Below, one piece after another: positions 39,401 to 46,556 of a stretch of DNA of 64,000 nt. Source of the DNA: a virus (lineage: Duplodnaviria; Caudoviricetes). Made by a program: the position numbers and the translations under genes. The notes under the pieces are model-generated. The model had not been told where the DNA came from and searched no databases. It saw only the letters and a list, made by a program, of their open reading frames with translations. The stretch spans positions 21,931 through 85,930 of IMG/VR virus record IMGVR_UViG_3300030376_004895; one strand, 5' to 3'. Position 1 is the first letter of the stretch. Every line of letters begins with the position of its first letter.

Positions 39401-42400
39401 AGGAAGCCGAATGAGTTTGCTTCGATGTAATTCTTGATTCCCGCCGCAGTAAGGAATGATGTGTCGTTGTTGCCGAATGAGGATACCTCTGAGCTAGTCT
39501 GAACCGCCGCACCTGCAAATTGGGCTACTCCTAAACTGCCGACATTCAAGGTGTTGCCCGACTTAGACAACCCTGTCCCTGCGGTTATTTGTCCCGTTCC
39601 TGTGAATTGGGTGAATGTCAATGAGGTTGAGTCAAGAGTAATGTCATCATTGGTCGTGAGAATCCAACCTTGATCTCCATTGACAGTCCCTTCTTCAACC
39701 CATACATAGAGTCCCGCCGTGACCTCCACATCAGCATCCGCATCAGAGGCCCGCGACCAGCCACTTGCCGAAGCGACATAGATGCCATTCTCTGATCCAT
39801 CACTTTGATCTTTAACGAGAACTCTGTCATTTGCTTGCACGGATACCCCGTCAATGGTCTGTGTTCCACTACGAGTTATGTTGGCCGTTGTAGCGACTCT
39901 CACAGAGTCTTTCGTGTCTAGCCCCTGCTTGAGTCCATCAACGTATGATTTGGTTGCTATCGTGCCTGTATCGACATTGAATGTCAGCGTTTCATTCCCT
40001 GCCTGGTCGGTAGTGAAGTTGCCACCGCCGGATAGACCTGTTCCCGCCGTAAGGGTGATTGTAGCATCATTGGCGGAAGGCACACCGGCTATTGTGAGTT
40101 GTTGGGGAGAGGTTCCTGTATTGGGTGTGAGCGTTATGTTGGCCCCTGCTACGAACTTGACATCCTGGGTTCCACTACTCGCACCACTCTTTGTTAAACG
40201 CAAGAGGGCATCGTTTGAGCTATCGACAAAGGATGTGGCAAAGACGTTCTGAGTGTTGGTGTCAGTCGAGGCTATGGTTAGTTGAGTGCCGCTATTCCTA
40301 GTGACTGTGACATTGGAACCACCTGTGATGGTGATGTCATCATTGCTACCTGTGCTTGGATCAAGTCTGAGGACAGGATCATTGTTGTCACCGAGCGTCT
40401 GTGCAACAAGGAGGTCATAGGTAGTTGCTGTTGTTGATGAAATGGTTATGGTATCGCCCGTTTCTGCAATCTGGACGTTGGAACCTCCGGCAATGGTGAT
40501 GTAATCCGTTCCGCTTCCCGAGCCTCCCGCAACCAGGTTGATTCGAGCATCGCTTCCAGATGTGGAGGAATTGGTCGAGTATGTGGTATCGCTTGATACT
40601 ATGGTGATGACATCGCTCTCTTGACTGACGGTGGTGTTCGTCCCACCTGCTAGCTTCACGGTGTCAGTCCCACTCCCTGAGCCACCTGCGGTCAGGACTA
40701 GGTTTGCCCCTCCTGTGACAGTCGCAGAACTGATTGCATAGGTATGGTTGTCGTTTTCATCCGTTCCCCATGCTATTACGCCCCCTGCACCTGTCTTGAG
40801 GACTTGACCGGAAGAACCGCGATCCGTAGGGAATGTGAATGCATTGCCTCCTGAGTTGAATGCCACTTTGCCCGTCCCATGCGGGTCAAAGGTTATGTCG
40901 TCATTGTTATTTGATGTCTTGAATGTAAGAGGCGATGCCGTGACTATTTCCCCTCCATTCCCTGTCGTATGAATCCTTATGTCAAAGTCATCTGACTCAG
41001 GTGATTTGAGGTCTATACGCGCACCAACGTCACCACCCATCTCCAATGTGGTATATCCCGCATCAAGGGTATTCGTCCCACCCGTCTTGACAATGAAACT
41101 CTCACCCGCGCCCTTGTCTATGGAGAACACCGCCCCACCCGAATTACCATCAGGACTGAATGTTAGGTATTCTTCCCCTTGAAATGTGTCTGAATTGATT
41201 GAAGTAAGGATACGATCATTAGAACCATTAGACATGAAGTCGCTGACATCCACGCTGAACTCGCCCGAGCCGCTAATGTCTATTCCTGTCCCTGCTGTTG
41301 GAACAGAACCAGCATTCAGACCTATGTTGGTTCGTGCCTGTGCCTTCTGAGTGGTTGTGAAAGATTGAGATGCATCTGCTCTGATCCTGTTGCCAAGAGC
41401 CGTGTTGATGGTAGAGAAATATGAAGCATCATCATTGATTGCGGCGGCTAATTCATTCAGAGTATCTAATGCACCAGGAGCTGAATCAATCAAAGAAGTG
41501 ACTTCGTTATCGACATAAGCCTTGATTGATTGTTGTGATGCGGCATGAGTGGCTGAGTTGGATGCCATGTTGTCTTCGTCTTTGAGGTCTATTGTGATGG
41601 TGGCCGAGTAATCTCCGCTTGCCGTGTTGGTTTCGCTTTGGATGAGCATCCCCGTTCCTGCGGTCAGATCAACACCAGATGTGATGTCGGCCAAGACCGC
41701 ATAGCCATAGGACAGTATCTTGTCCTGGATAGCCGCAGAGGTCATGAGCGATGTGTCATTGTCTGCAAAGGACTCAGAACTCACTTGAAGGCTATTGGCG
41801 GCTAATTCGGATACGGTTAGTCCACCTACATTGAGAGTGACCGCACCTGCGGCTTGATTTGCAGTAATCCCCGTATTCGCAGTTATGCTATACACTACGC
41901 CTGTGGTGCTTGTCCCAATGGCAACACCGTTGATAGAACCCCCTGTGATGGATACATCATCCGAATCCTGAGTGGCTATTGTCCCTAACCCCAGGGATGT
42001 TCGAGCCGTTGCACCGCTTTCTGCCACCCAATTAACGCCATTTCCTACTATGAATACGCTATCAGAGGGGGTCATAGCGGCCAAAGTCGTCAAATCTCCA
42101 TCATATGATTGGAATGTGTTCGCACCGCTTACTGAGCCATCGGCTGGATTGACTACAGGATCAACTGCGGTTGCAAGCAAGCTGAACGTGATTATCTCGC
42201 ATTGCAAGGTGTATCTGAATAGCTTCTTTGAACGATCAGAGAGGTCAGTCCTGGTCTTGTAGATGAGTCGGTCAAAGTTATTGTTGTCTCCCTTTCTGAA
42301 AGCATGAATGATTCGTCTGACTTCATCACGCATCTCAGATAGCCTTTCACGACTATCTACTGTCCTACAATCAATGGTGATATTGACGTGTTCATTCACA

Positions 42401-42594
42401 TAATCATAGATGAGTTCTGGTTGAGCCTCATTGTGAGCCGTCTCGAAGATACGGATGACATCGTTATCGAGCATCCTCACTCGCTTCGCATCACCCTTGT
42501 CCAAATCGGCAATATCCTCTATGGATGGTTCGGGAGGCTTAGACCAATTCGTCACGAGAATATCTCGTAAAGCCCCTATTGCATCCTTAGCCAC
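30451..42594 (-). CDS. Giant modular fibre (4047 aa): N-terminal tail-terminator-like domain, fibre modules, C-terminal peptidase S74-type intramolecular chaperone
   Basis: C-term SDMRVKENIVEL...LRPVKFDY...FIAQEFKEVIPDAV...MLVKAVQELTAKVEELE is an S74 pattern. Also APGALDTLNELAAAI fibre motif, 15 [VL]GI[GKY]xxxP repeats, and an N-terminal ~140 aa alpha/beta domain at the terminator gene position. Confidence 0.85.
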   Translation of the reverse strand: MAKDAIGALRDILVTNWSKPPEPSIEDIADLDKGDAKRVRMLDNDVIRIFETAHNEAQPELIYDYVNEHVNITIDCRTVDSRERLSEMRDEVRRIIHAFRKGDNNNFDRLIYKTRTDLSDRSKKLFRYTLQCEIITFSLLATAVDPVVNPADGSVSGANTFQSYDGDLTTLAAMTPSDSVFIVGNGVNWVAESGATARTSLGLGTIATQDSDDVSITGGSINGVAIGTSTTGVVYSITANTGITANQAAGAVTLNVGGLTVSELAANSLQVSSESFADNDTSLMTSAAIQDKILSYGYAVLADITSGVDLTAGTGMLIQSETNTASGDYSATITIDLKDEDNMASNSATHAASQQSIKAYVDNEVTSLIDSAPGALDTLNELAAAINDDASYFSTINTALGNRIRADASQSFTTTQKAQARTNIGLNAGSVPTAGTGIDISGSGEFSVDVSDFMSNGSNDRILTSINSDTFQGEEYLTFSPDGNSGGAVFSIDKGAGESFIVKTGGTNTLDAGYTTLEMGGDVGARIDLKSPESDDFDIRIHTTGNGGEIVTASPLTFKTSNNNDDITFDPHGTGKVAFNSGGNAFTFPTDRGSSGQVLKTGAGGVIAWGTDENDNHTYAISSATVTGGANLVLTAGGSGSGTDTVKLAGGTNTTVSQESDVITIVSSDTTYSTNSSTSGSDARINLVAGGSGSGTDYITIAGGSNVQIAETGDTITISSTTATTYDLLVAQTLGDNNDPVLRLDPSTGSNDDITITGGSNVTVTRNSGTQLTIASTDTNTQNVFATSFVDSSNDALLRLTKSGASSGTQDVKFVAGANITLTPNTGTSPQQLTIAGVPSANDATITLTAGTGLSGGGNFTTDQAGNETLTFNVDTGTIATKSYVDGLKQGLDTKDSVRVATTANITRSGTQTIDGVSVQANDRVLVKDQSDGSENGIYVASASGWSRASDADADVEVTAGLYVWVEEGTVNGDQGWILTTNDDITLDSTSLTFTQFTGTGQITAGTGLSKSGNTLNVGSLGVAQFAGAAVQTSSEVSSFGNNDTSFLTAAGIKNYIEANSFGFLQSVAVANIAGSAIQTGSESFADNDTTIMTSAAVQDKILSYGYTTNTGDITGVDLTVTSPITIASETNTGSGSYSATLGLADPATLTQLTESTDATDDKIILWDESASSWKYMTIDDLQDSIDTGGAGGIAFDGSTANGVLTYKDADEASVESTLTYDPSGLLAIYPSSGYGRIEMGGSSGAYIDLKNNSSDDFDVRLITDGTGLDIVANGAGNHITLKTNGTQRVKVEDAQTFLNTTNAKVGYTGQAGKMFLSADATGSYLYWNATGTDITLAADDDLTLHADDDMFFQTGGATKLTLNDKGELYGSDNRQFTPNSYTLGVADGNNANKWIKVCEWIMDGSNYDSFSFHAKITQRGNASHWTELLIRGEFATTWWTKAFTIHGPYASTAQDTFLMVFDHSSGGSDPKATLYFRNDQAWNKKYLQVIQNVRHGDNIPATSWTWYNTTTGSTTTPATDGEGNSSTLSPAYFRTMAMGLGGGSDTQYRIYDGITATPMYLHTANQRVGIGTASPDDTLHLKGTDGGTSLLVEDTGSSSNPAVEIKTDSHHWKLQARGADSDKLRIVEGNNVHMVVKTDGKVGIGNTAPTTKLHISDNAEVSLSVDSSHITGSQISLDATATGGDEWRLISAADNAGTVDGTGAFGLYNIDASAYRLVVEGTTGNVGIGTTTPATKLHIERSESDAENLMLRLRDSTVNALGERIGIEGFWNTVPAGDIEFELTNVSSGAAAIVFSPHSGSSTKNEAMRIASDGYVGIGTSSPANYSNGGRGLHINDATLPELRLTNDTTGTASGHGSLLQVAGEHFYIWNAEAADIKFATSAAVKMTLNSAGKLGIGETAPLFPLHLKYTDNRTDPEGSGSSSGAGAIGANAQGGGLYIENESTTDGSWAGVTFRTDTADARIAYKSVGSSLVNEGQMSFYLDTNDSNDDVFTLQEVLRLRGGNSNGSQSYNSVDLPVNDARLRLGASQQLELKFDGSHTRITHNAATDSWMIFKNEDGAGIQFNIGTEKGIEINKNGNVELYYDNTKSFETTSAGGTLTGALTVTGAASAVGSLTMNYAGSDTYAEIIGPLNRDLRFILRDNGDGDGFLFRNAAGTNLLDINRTGNVTVSGDLQVSGNDIKSSGGTTALTLSGANVTVAGDLTVSGTTTTINTTNLAVEDNIVVLNSNVTGTPADVDAGIEVERGDTANATLLFDEGDNCWKSYTPDSGVTFQARNSNGYISFGPQNGTYAHISTDVSKFYLNKQIVVDSGIVSSYNEDLKLQRAMSSQEQITIADDSMTFKSANTDVMKIDGANARVGIGTTSPETTLHVDNGSIQVGLQADDYYTLMTNNAFAFHRASASYIDQRIDNGDIRFRMNAANTDLMMLDGSTMRVGIGTTSPGFTLDVTGTFQAQGDHDGNVIIDNTGTDQVILASHTGSGTPVPWDIREASSTTNNGANYGPLNITRMNMDADGAGSNIHFRTKKNNGSAQEVGGIGATIDTGLTANATVTGSLHFYTTDAGTGRQEKMTIKSDGNVGIGVTSPQHKLDIDGNLFLGKSGESTALTGGPNLTLQGDSALATFKSDNASSGDQVAGIRVFADGYRAAGMVIGDYDNSDGSVTEDWIFGRQYASNHKAGIMATPENGGDEYVTVQSHSQKQVIIAADSDDIDFLVRGTGGTYLFGEASTSRVGIGTTSPAAQLHVGSTAYEVENGIFLTGSHQRAAKMVIHADDANTDWDEQEIGLALHNEDPTNNNWSPHIAFTTHEDDDGNPANANPVAVAAISATYNTRNANSWASGALVFFTNDNDGNVERMRIAEDGQVLVQNNGIIRANGSGYLQLGNTSGGDIRVFGDGSSSRIQAHGNSLYLQTNRDTDDIIFATNAGGTDGDSTVVEAMRIHGPDGNVGIGNSSPSSPLDVTGSIELSSNLHFNGAGGHYIKHEGGTASTDNFTFRFSDNEDVMIVRGDGRVGIKTTSPSHPLHVVGDTYVQSGDIHISQGAYKIKNASNGNQAISFPSSGNLLIEGVNTEFQGNVTSTGVFVDKNSRVVGASSQVLDVQWTVGTGSDTNGYFDFVQNGNTNENSRVWGDTPSPYYPQRGILWQMTNMDAGGGDGGWTTDAFPVDHTRTYRFSVFARQESPQSGSGSMTLYFGTHGYGNTNGVVHIDNDQVSTNPYFWAGDLPETGKWYLLVGHVLGSGDTAPDTNIYGGIYDVDTGKKEANITDSFRWHTDTTTSKHRSFLFYYDDTGNTDPDGYLFGPRVDLCDGTEPPISSLINGGYFYSTKTSTMVTIANDNASADADATLRLLSQHGSDTWTDLTEDTYGNFEITGGASTRRSIMKMTDHDTTTGTLEFNREHFDWDTKIYGDSATPAIMVDGSTDRVGIYTASPVSTLQIAGDTTIYNATNEAHLVLRRDATGANYGSAIKFQFGDSGSASSGHEYARMTGNIEDSTNTAEDGYMTFSTSLAGTLAEKMRITSAGKVGIGTDTPPDTMTIEHATAPILGIYRNTNVASLSAGDVLSKIAFRKHTGNSGNTTVELYNVHGNSGTSDGVTDDYHTSDFRIATRKIGTANLTDRFTILGQEGYVGIGTTSPEVLLHVKGDTYIQSATANQLLRIHADTNSSPAPRIEMMRGTHDTWGTGDNYNDWRIENVNHLKFYSGTSSVSSGAAVERFEILSDGSGITNNNAYVIPGTAGSAGQVLKWPSSGTVLEWAADGGDIDTNLNLANNPTWTVTTTSGIGLEITRNQSASNMDNDLVRIRDDSQYSDQAVLRLIHDGFDQMQAADHSKVTGALVAQSTDDTIQWPVTVANAKNANSDGYGVGIKLKLSGWGNEDETDKWAGIGARGDDSSNWGRPTGMMFWTRSSTTSGTTPTEKMYLDGGGQLGIGVTAPSHIIHVNGQGRATNSAWATSSDMRVKENIVELDSSLDVINSLRPVKFDYIDGAKDQINFIAQEFKEVIPDAVTLTEEQGLDDFHVLDTSMLVPMLVKAVQELTAKVEELEARLDG
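31704..37668 (-). repeat. Eight identical dispersed 13-bp direct repeats GTCGGAATAGGCA (extended consensus about GTCGGAATAGGCACTACRAGTCC)
   Basis: Plus-strand TGCCTATTCCGAC at 31704, 32016, 33741, 34386, 35274, 35502, 37404, 37656. A 29-bp exact pair lies at 35262-35290 and 35490-35518. Confidence 0.95.
39284..41729 (-). repeat. Internal duplication in fibre N-terminal region (SESFADNDT...QDKILSYGY)
   Basis: 19-bp exact repeat GACAGTATCTTGTCCTGGA at 39284-39302 and 41711-41729 within a ~90-bp diverged duplication. A degenerate third copy lies near 39420-39510. Confidence 0.85.
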
Positions 42595-42853
42595 TCTTCG
42601 ATGCCCCCTCTAGCTGCTCCTTCGCCTTCTTCCATGCGACACGATGAGGGTTATTCTCCATTTGCTTTGCAACATTGGCTTCAATCTCTTCCTCTGAGTA
42701 TATGTTTCCATCCATCTCAGACATATTCTTCTCCTCTGCCAACAGTTTTGCCTTCATGCCAGGCTCTATTTTGGCGATAGTTTCACCAGCATTTGTGAGT
42801 TGCTTTGATGCTTCTCGCATTTCTTTCAATTGCTTCAGGAATCCAGGATGCAC
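42587..42853 (-). CDS. Hypothetical neck-region protein (88 aa)
   Basis: Coupled ORF between the adaptor and the terminator-fibre gene. Confidence 0.6.
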   Translation of the reverse strand: MHPGFLKQLKEMREASKQLTNAGETIAKIEPGMKAKLLAEEKNMSEMDGNIYSEEEIEANVAKQMENNPHRVAWKKAKEQLEGASKSG

Positions 42854-42856
42854 AGA

Positions 42857-44452
42857 TCAACCACCCATGCCCGCAACTATGATTCCTTCTTGGTATGGAA
42901 TCAGTATCTTCTTCACCTCTTCCTCTAACTTCTGTATCTTGGAGGGGAGATCCACATTTTGTGTTCCTTCGGGGAACATGGCAGTATAGTCATCTGTCAT
43001 CATGATGTCTAATGCTACCATCTTCGTGCAAGCATCCTCTATTGCCTTGTCGAGATACCTCTCTCCATAGACGTATGAAATCTTAAGACTGTGATTCTCA
43101 AAGAACGGATATTGGTTGTTGAACATGATCGCCCCGTTGTCCTCCATAGACCACCAATCCTTCTGCCTCTGCTCATCAGTTGAATCGCTATCGAATCTTG
43201 TCTGGTAAATCTCAGTCACATTGGCAGATAGGCCGGATTGGAAATTTGAGGTCAAATCATCAACAATGGTTAGGGCATTGCCATTCCTGGTGCATCGTGC
43301 AACTTTGATTGCGGCTCCTGTCCCATAGTAATAGAGGCCGTTTCCTTCTGTAAAGGCAGAACCATCTGTGAGATTGAAAGTGCTACCTGTCGATGTGGCA
43401 GTTGAATTGATGGTGTTGCAGAGGCCAAGATCGAAGCAGCTCAGGTTTGTGACCGCAATGGTAGTGCCTTCTCCCTCATCTGTCGATCTCATGCTACTGA
43501 TGAGGACTACTCCATCTCCGTCATCGCTGTTTGCAGTAGCGATGAACTCATGCGCGACATTGAGTGCTTTACCATTCTCGGTCATTGTCCCTATCTGGAT
43601 AGCGGTCTTCCCTGTCGAGTCATCTTGATTGATTAGATTGCCAATCTCACCGGCAATTGTCTTCACTCCGAAGTCTTTGCTCCAAGTAGTGGCTGATGTT
43701 CCTGTCGAAAGAGTTGCAACATGAGCTATGTTTGGGCATAGGTATATCTTGTCCGAAGCACTTAGGAGGTGAGAGTCTTTGAGAGTGAGTTGCACTCTGG
43801 ATGATGCTAACTCTCTGTAGTGATCTCCTTGCCATACTCCCATTCTTAGGACTCTTTGAATGGGCCTGTTTCTCAGATAGACCGCACCAACATAGTCCGT
43901 GTAGTATCTGCGCCTGTATGGCTTGAAGGTAGTGAAGTTCTGATACTCATCGACAACAAGCCTGGGTCTCCATGCTATTCTGCATATCCTGTCGATGTAG
44001 TCTTGCCTCCTTCTGATTAGATGCTCGACTTGGGCTTTACTGATTCCCCTCTGAGATGAGTTAGATAAGATGGAAGCAGGTTGCACATACGCATCATTTG
44101 CTTTGGTGTAAGCCGTTCCAGGGTCTGTTGCTTTGAGCGTGATGCCTCCACTCGAACCCGTTGATTCGATTCCAGAGATAGTCACTATGCTTCCTAATGC
44201 ATCCACGTTATCGTAAATAGTGATTGAATCGCCTGATGCAAAACCCCATCTTCTGTAATCCGCACCTGCAATTGGCATCTTGATTACCGTTCCACCCCCC
44301 TCTGAAGCAGTAGATGTGTCTCCGATCAGAGCTGTTGGCTTGGCATCGGGCAATTGGAGGTATGATTCGACCTTAGCGACTGTGGTATATACCAAGTCAT
44401 CAGGATAGAGGGGTTGGTCGGGCCTATGCCCTGGAGTGAATGTGCGTGGCAT
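42857..44452 (-). CDS. Head-tail adaptor/connector protein with large insertions (531 aa)
   Basis: YTTVAKVESYL, QVEHLIRRRQDYIDRIC, ISYVYG...AIEDACTKMVALDIM follow the gp6/gp15-like adaptor pattern. Confidence 0.7.
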   Translation of the reverse strand: MPRTFTPGHRPDQPLYPDDLVYTTVAKVESYLQLPDAKPTALIGDTSTASEGGGTVIKMPIAGADYRRWGFASGDSITIYDNVDALGSIVTISGIESTGSSGGITLKATDPGTAYTKANDAYVQPASILSNSSQRGISKAQVEHLIRRRQDYIDRICRIAWRPRLVVDEYQNFTTFKPYRRRYYTDYVGAVYLRNRPIQRVLRMGVWQGDHYRELASSRVQLTLKDSHLLSASDKIYLCPNIAHVATLSTGTSATTWSKDFGVKTIAGEIGNLINQDDSTGKTAIQIGTMTENGKALNVAHEFIATANSDDGDGVVLISSMRSTDEGEGTTIAVTNLSCFDLGLCNTINSTATSTGSTFNLTDGSAFTEGNGLYYYGTGAAIKVARCTRNGNALTIVDDLTSNFQSGLSANVTEIYQTRFDSDSTDEQRQKDWWSMEDNGAIMFNNQYPFFENHSLKISYVYGERYLDKAIEDACTKMVALDIMMTDDYTAMFPEGTQNVDLPSKIQKLEEEVKKILIPYQEGIIVAGMGG

Positions 44453-44467
44453 TACTGTTCATCCTCC

Positions 44468-44776
44468 TTAACTCCCCAAATTGTAGTCCATGTCTCCTCC
44501 GCATCCCGCGCAACTTGGAGTCCAACAGAAATGGAGTAGGCCACAGGATAAGCATCGAGTCCCTGAACCGATGTTTTGAATGTCATATCTCTCCCTTCCT
44601 CTTATCTTGACGCGAACGGTTTCGGCTCTGTCCAGGTTCTCCTTACTGAAAGGAGAGTCGTCTGTCGCTATGGAACCTTCGTCTGTTGAGATCTCTGCCA
44701 TCCGAACCTTGCGGCGGCGTTCTATTGCGTGTGCTTCTTCAAAGCAAAGTTCGTCTAACTCAACTGCCACCGGCAA
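44468..44776 (-). CDS. Small zinc-ribbon protein
   Basis: CLSCG...CAGCGG at the C-terminus. Confidence 0.65.
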   Translation of the reverse strand: MPVAVELDELCFEEAHAIERRRKVRMAEISTDEGSIATDDSPFSKENLDRAETVRVKIRGRERYDIQNIGSGTRCLSCGLLHFCWTPSCAGCGGDMDYNLGS

Positions 44777-44784
44777 GCCCCCGC

Positions 44785-45099
44785 TTAGGCTCGCCCACCT
44801 GTGACTGTCAGATACACGGTCTGACCAGAAAGATCTGCATTTGTGACCGCATCGAGTCCGTCATCAGCATCTGCACCTGCCGAATATGCAAGGAGTTTCT
44901 TTGCAGACCTGTCGTATGCATACACATATCCTCCGATGTCTGACTCAACAAGGACTGTTTCGATATTTGACACATATGCGGTAAGATCCAAAGCCTCACC
45001 TGCGGCGGGCCATGATGAATCAGGGGTTATTTTCAGAGCAACAGTAAGCCTATTGCCCGTCACATTCGTTCGTCCAAGTTGCTCTACTGTGAGTGCCAT
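44785..45099 (-). CDS. Probable capsid decoration/cement protein (104 aa)
   Basis: Small beta-rich protein downstream of MCP. Function inferred from position. Confidence 0.5.
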   Translation of the reverse strand: MALTVEQLGRTNVTGNRLTVALKITPDSSWPAAGEALDLTAYVSNIETVLVESDIGGYVYAYDRSAKKLLAYSAGADADDGLDAVTNADLSGQTVYLTVTGGRA

Positions 45100-45119
45100 A
45101 CTGATACCTACGTTATTTT

Positions 45120-45131
45120 CAATCCTATTTA
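45120..45131 (-). promoter_or_regulatory. Candidate late promoter element (TAAATAGGATTG)
   Basis: TATA-like plus ATTG in an intergenic gap, 20 nt before the ATG. Confidence 0.45.
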
Positions 45132-45140
45132 ACTGATACT

Positions 45141-45617
45141 TTACTCATGAAGGATGACGATTCGGGCTTTGCTTCCCGCAGATGCCGTGAAAACCTTGCT
45201 TCCCCCTAATGATAGAGTGAATTTGACCCTGCCACAAACCGCACCATTCCACGATCCGGCTACTGAACCAGGGCTTGTCACAGTCAAGTGAACTCCTGCA
45301 GTATCCGTGTTGGCTCCCTCTGCTATCTGGAAGTTTCCGACTAGGTTAGTAGCATTCCTGAAATCGAGGCTGGAAACCGTATCACAGTAGGGATACTCAG
45401 TTGCACCATCCATCGAGATTGCCATAGAACCCTGAGAGTTAGTAGTAGCCGTGCAATCCATAGCTGCCATGTCTAATATGATGCGAGAGATTTTGCCATT
45501 TATGTCGATAGTCCCACTTATGGAACCTGAGCCATCCGATTCTATGTCTAGGACTCGGCGGTTGATTCGAGAGCGACTTGCATATCGGCCTACGCCATCA
45601 TCAATCTCATCAGTCAC
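45141..45617 (-). CDS. Beta-rich virion protein (158 aa)
   Basis: Jelly-roll-like alternating strands, located in the head module. Confidence 0.5.
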   Translation of the reverse strand: MTDEIDDGVGRYASRSRINRRVLDIESDGSGSISGTIDINGKISRIILDMAAMDCTATTNSQGSMAISMDGATEYPYCDTVSSLDFRNATNLVGNFQIAEGANTDTAGVHLTVTSPGSVAGSWNGAVCGRVKFTLSLGGSKVFTASAGSKARIVILHE

Positions 45618-46135
45618 TCAGATGCCCCCGTGATATGTTCACGGGCTTGAACCGTCATAGAGGCTTTGGTCGATCTGTTATTGACCGCTATGCCTTTATC
45701 GGAACACCAAGACATCATCTGCGCCCTTGTCATCTTGGAGTCAAAACCAGATGCTGCTAGGAGGATGTCCACATCGACCTCTTTGTCTGAGATAGGAGGC
45801 AATGGAGCCACGTCCTCAACAATCTCTTCCTTAGCTGGGAGGACTGTCTCCTTGACTTTCTCGACTACTTTCTGCGGCATCTCAACGACTTTCTCGATTT
45901 TGCCCTTCTTTGGCTTTTCAATGGTGGAGGCCATTTTCTTTGCCTGGACATCATCACTTCCGATGACCTTCCAAGAAGTCGCTCCGTTCTCTATCATGGG
46001 CATGATCTTGTCGCGGATTAGATCCTGTGGAACATCGTCCCTGGTCATCCCTCGGGAGAACCCGAGGACGTGACTTCTGCTGATCTTAATCTCGCAGTAG
46101 GGTCTCATCCCAACGTATTGAAGGCTAAGAGCCAT
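45614..46135 (-). CDS. Protein with C-terminal HeH/Rho-N-like motif (173 aa)
   Basis: KMTRAQMMSWCSDKGIAVNNRSTKASM after a K/E/V-rich linker. Confidence 0.55.
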   Translation of the reverse strand: MALSLQYVGMRPYCEIKISRSHVLGFSRGMTRDDVPQDLIRDKIMPMIENGATSWKVIGSDDVQAKKMASTIEKPKKGKIEKVVEMPQKVVEKVKETVLPAKEEIVEDVAPLPPISDKEVDVDILLAASGFDSKMTRAQMMSWCSDKGIAVNNRSTKASMTVQAREHITGASE

Positions 46136-46147
46136 GTTGGCTCACCT

Positions 46148-46516
46148 TCACCTGTATAGGATGGTCAGTCTGTGGGTGTCGCCAGCCGTGCCGCTTGCCG
46201 TTGTGAACTGAACCTCACCAGACACGATGGTCGGGATGGTTGGTTCCTCAAATGCACTCGTCAGATTCTGTATTCCAAGAATTGAGATTGCAGATGCTCC
46301 ATCGACTCCGGTGATCGTGGTGTCGCTGAAATTCAACTTGGTTAGGGTTGATGCCGATGCACATACTAGATCAACGACCAGGAGATGAACTGCTCCCTGA
46401 ACGCTGTTGCTTCCCATTGGGCTTTGTAGCCAATCTGTGTTATCCATTGCTCCCATCCATAGACGGGCATCCAATACTACGCTGCTGCTTCCTTGTGTGA
46501 TATTTGCTGTTGCCAT
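46148..46516 (-). CDS. Probable capsid decoration protein (122 aa)
   Basis: First gene after MCP, beta-rich. Confidence 0.5.
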   Translation of the reverse strand: MATANITQGSSSVVLDARLWMGAMDNTDWLQSPMGSNSVQGAVHLLVVDLVCASASTLTKLNFSDTTITGVDGASAISILGIQNLTSAFEEPTIPTIVSGEVQFTTASGTAGDTHRLTILYR

Positions 46517-46556
46517 ATTTTTTCACTTCCTTTTTTCTCCATCAATCTCCGAACAC

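Noticed and set aside
42050-42250. Slippery site that would release a short terminator from the fibre fusion
   Set aside because: No in-phase X XXY YYZ heptamer found by eye near the domain boundary.
30451-42594. Diversity-generating retroelement or invertible shufflon acting on the fibre
   Set aside because: No reverse transcriptase, no TR/VR pair differing at adenines, no invertase. All repeats are in direct orientation.
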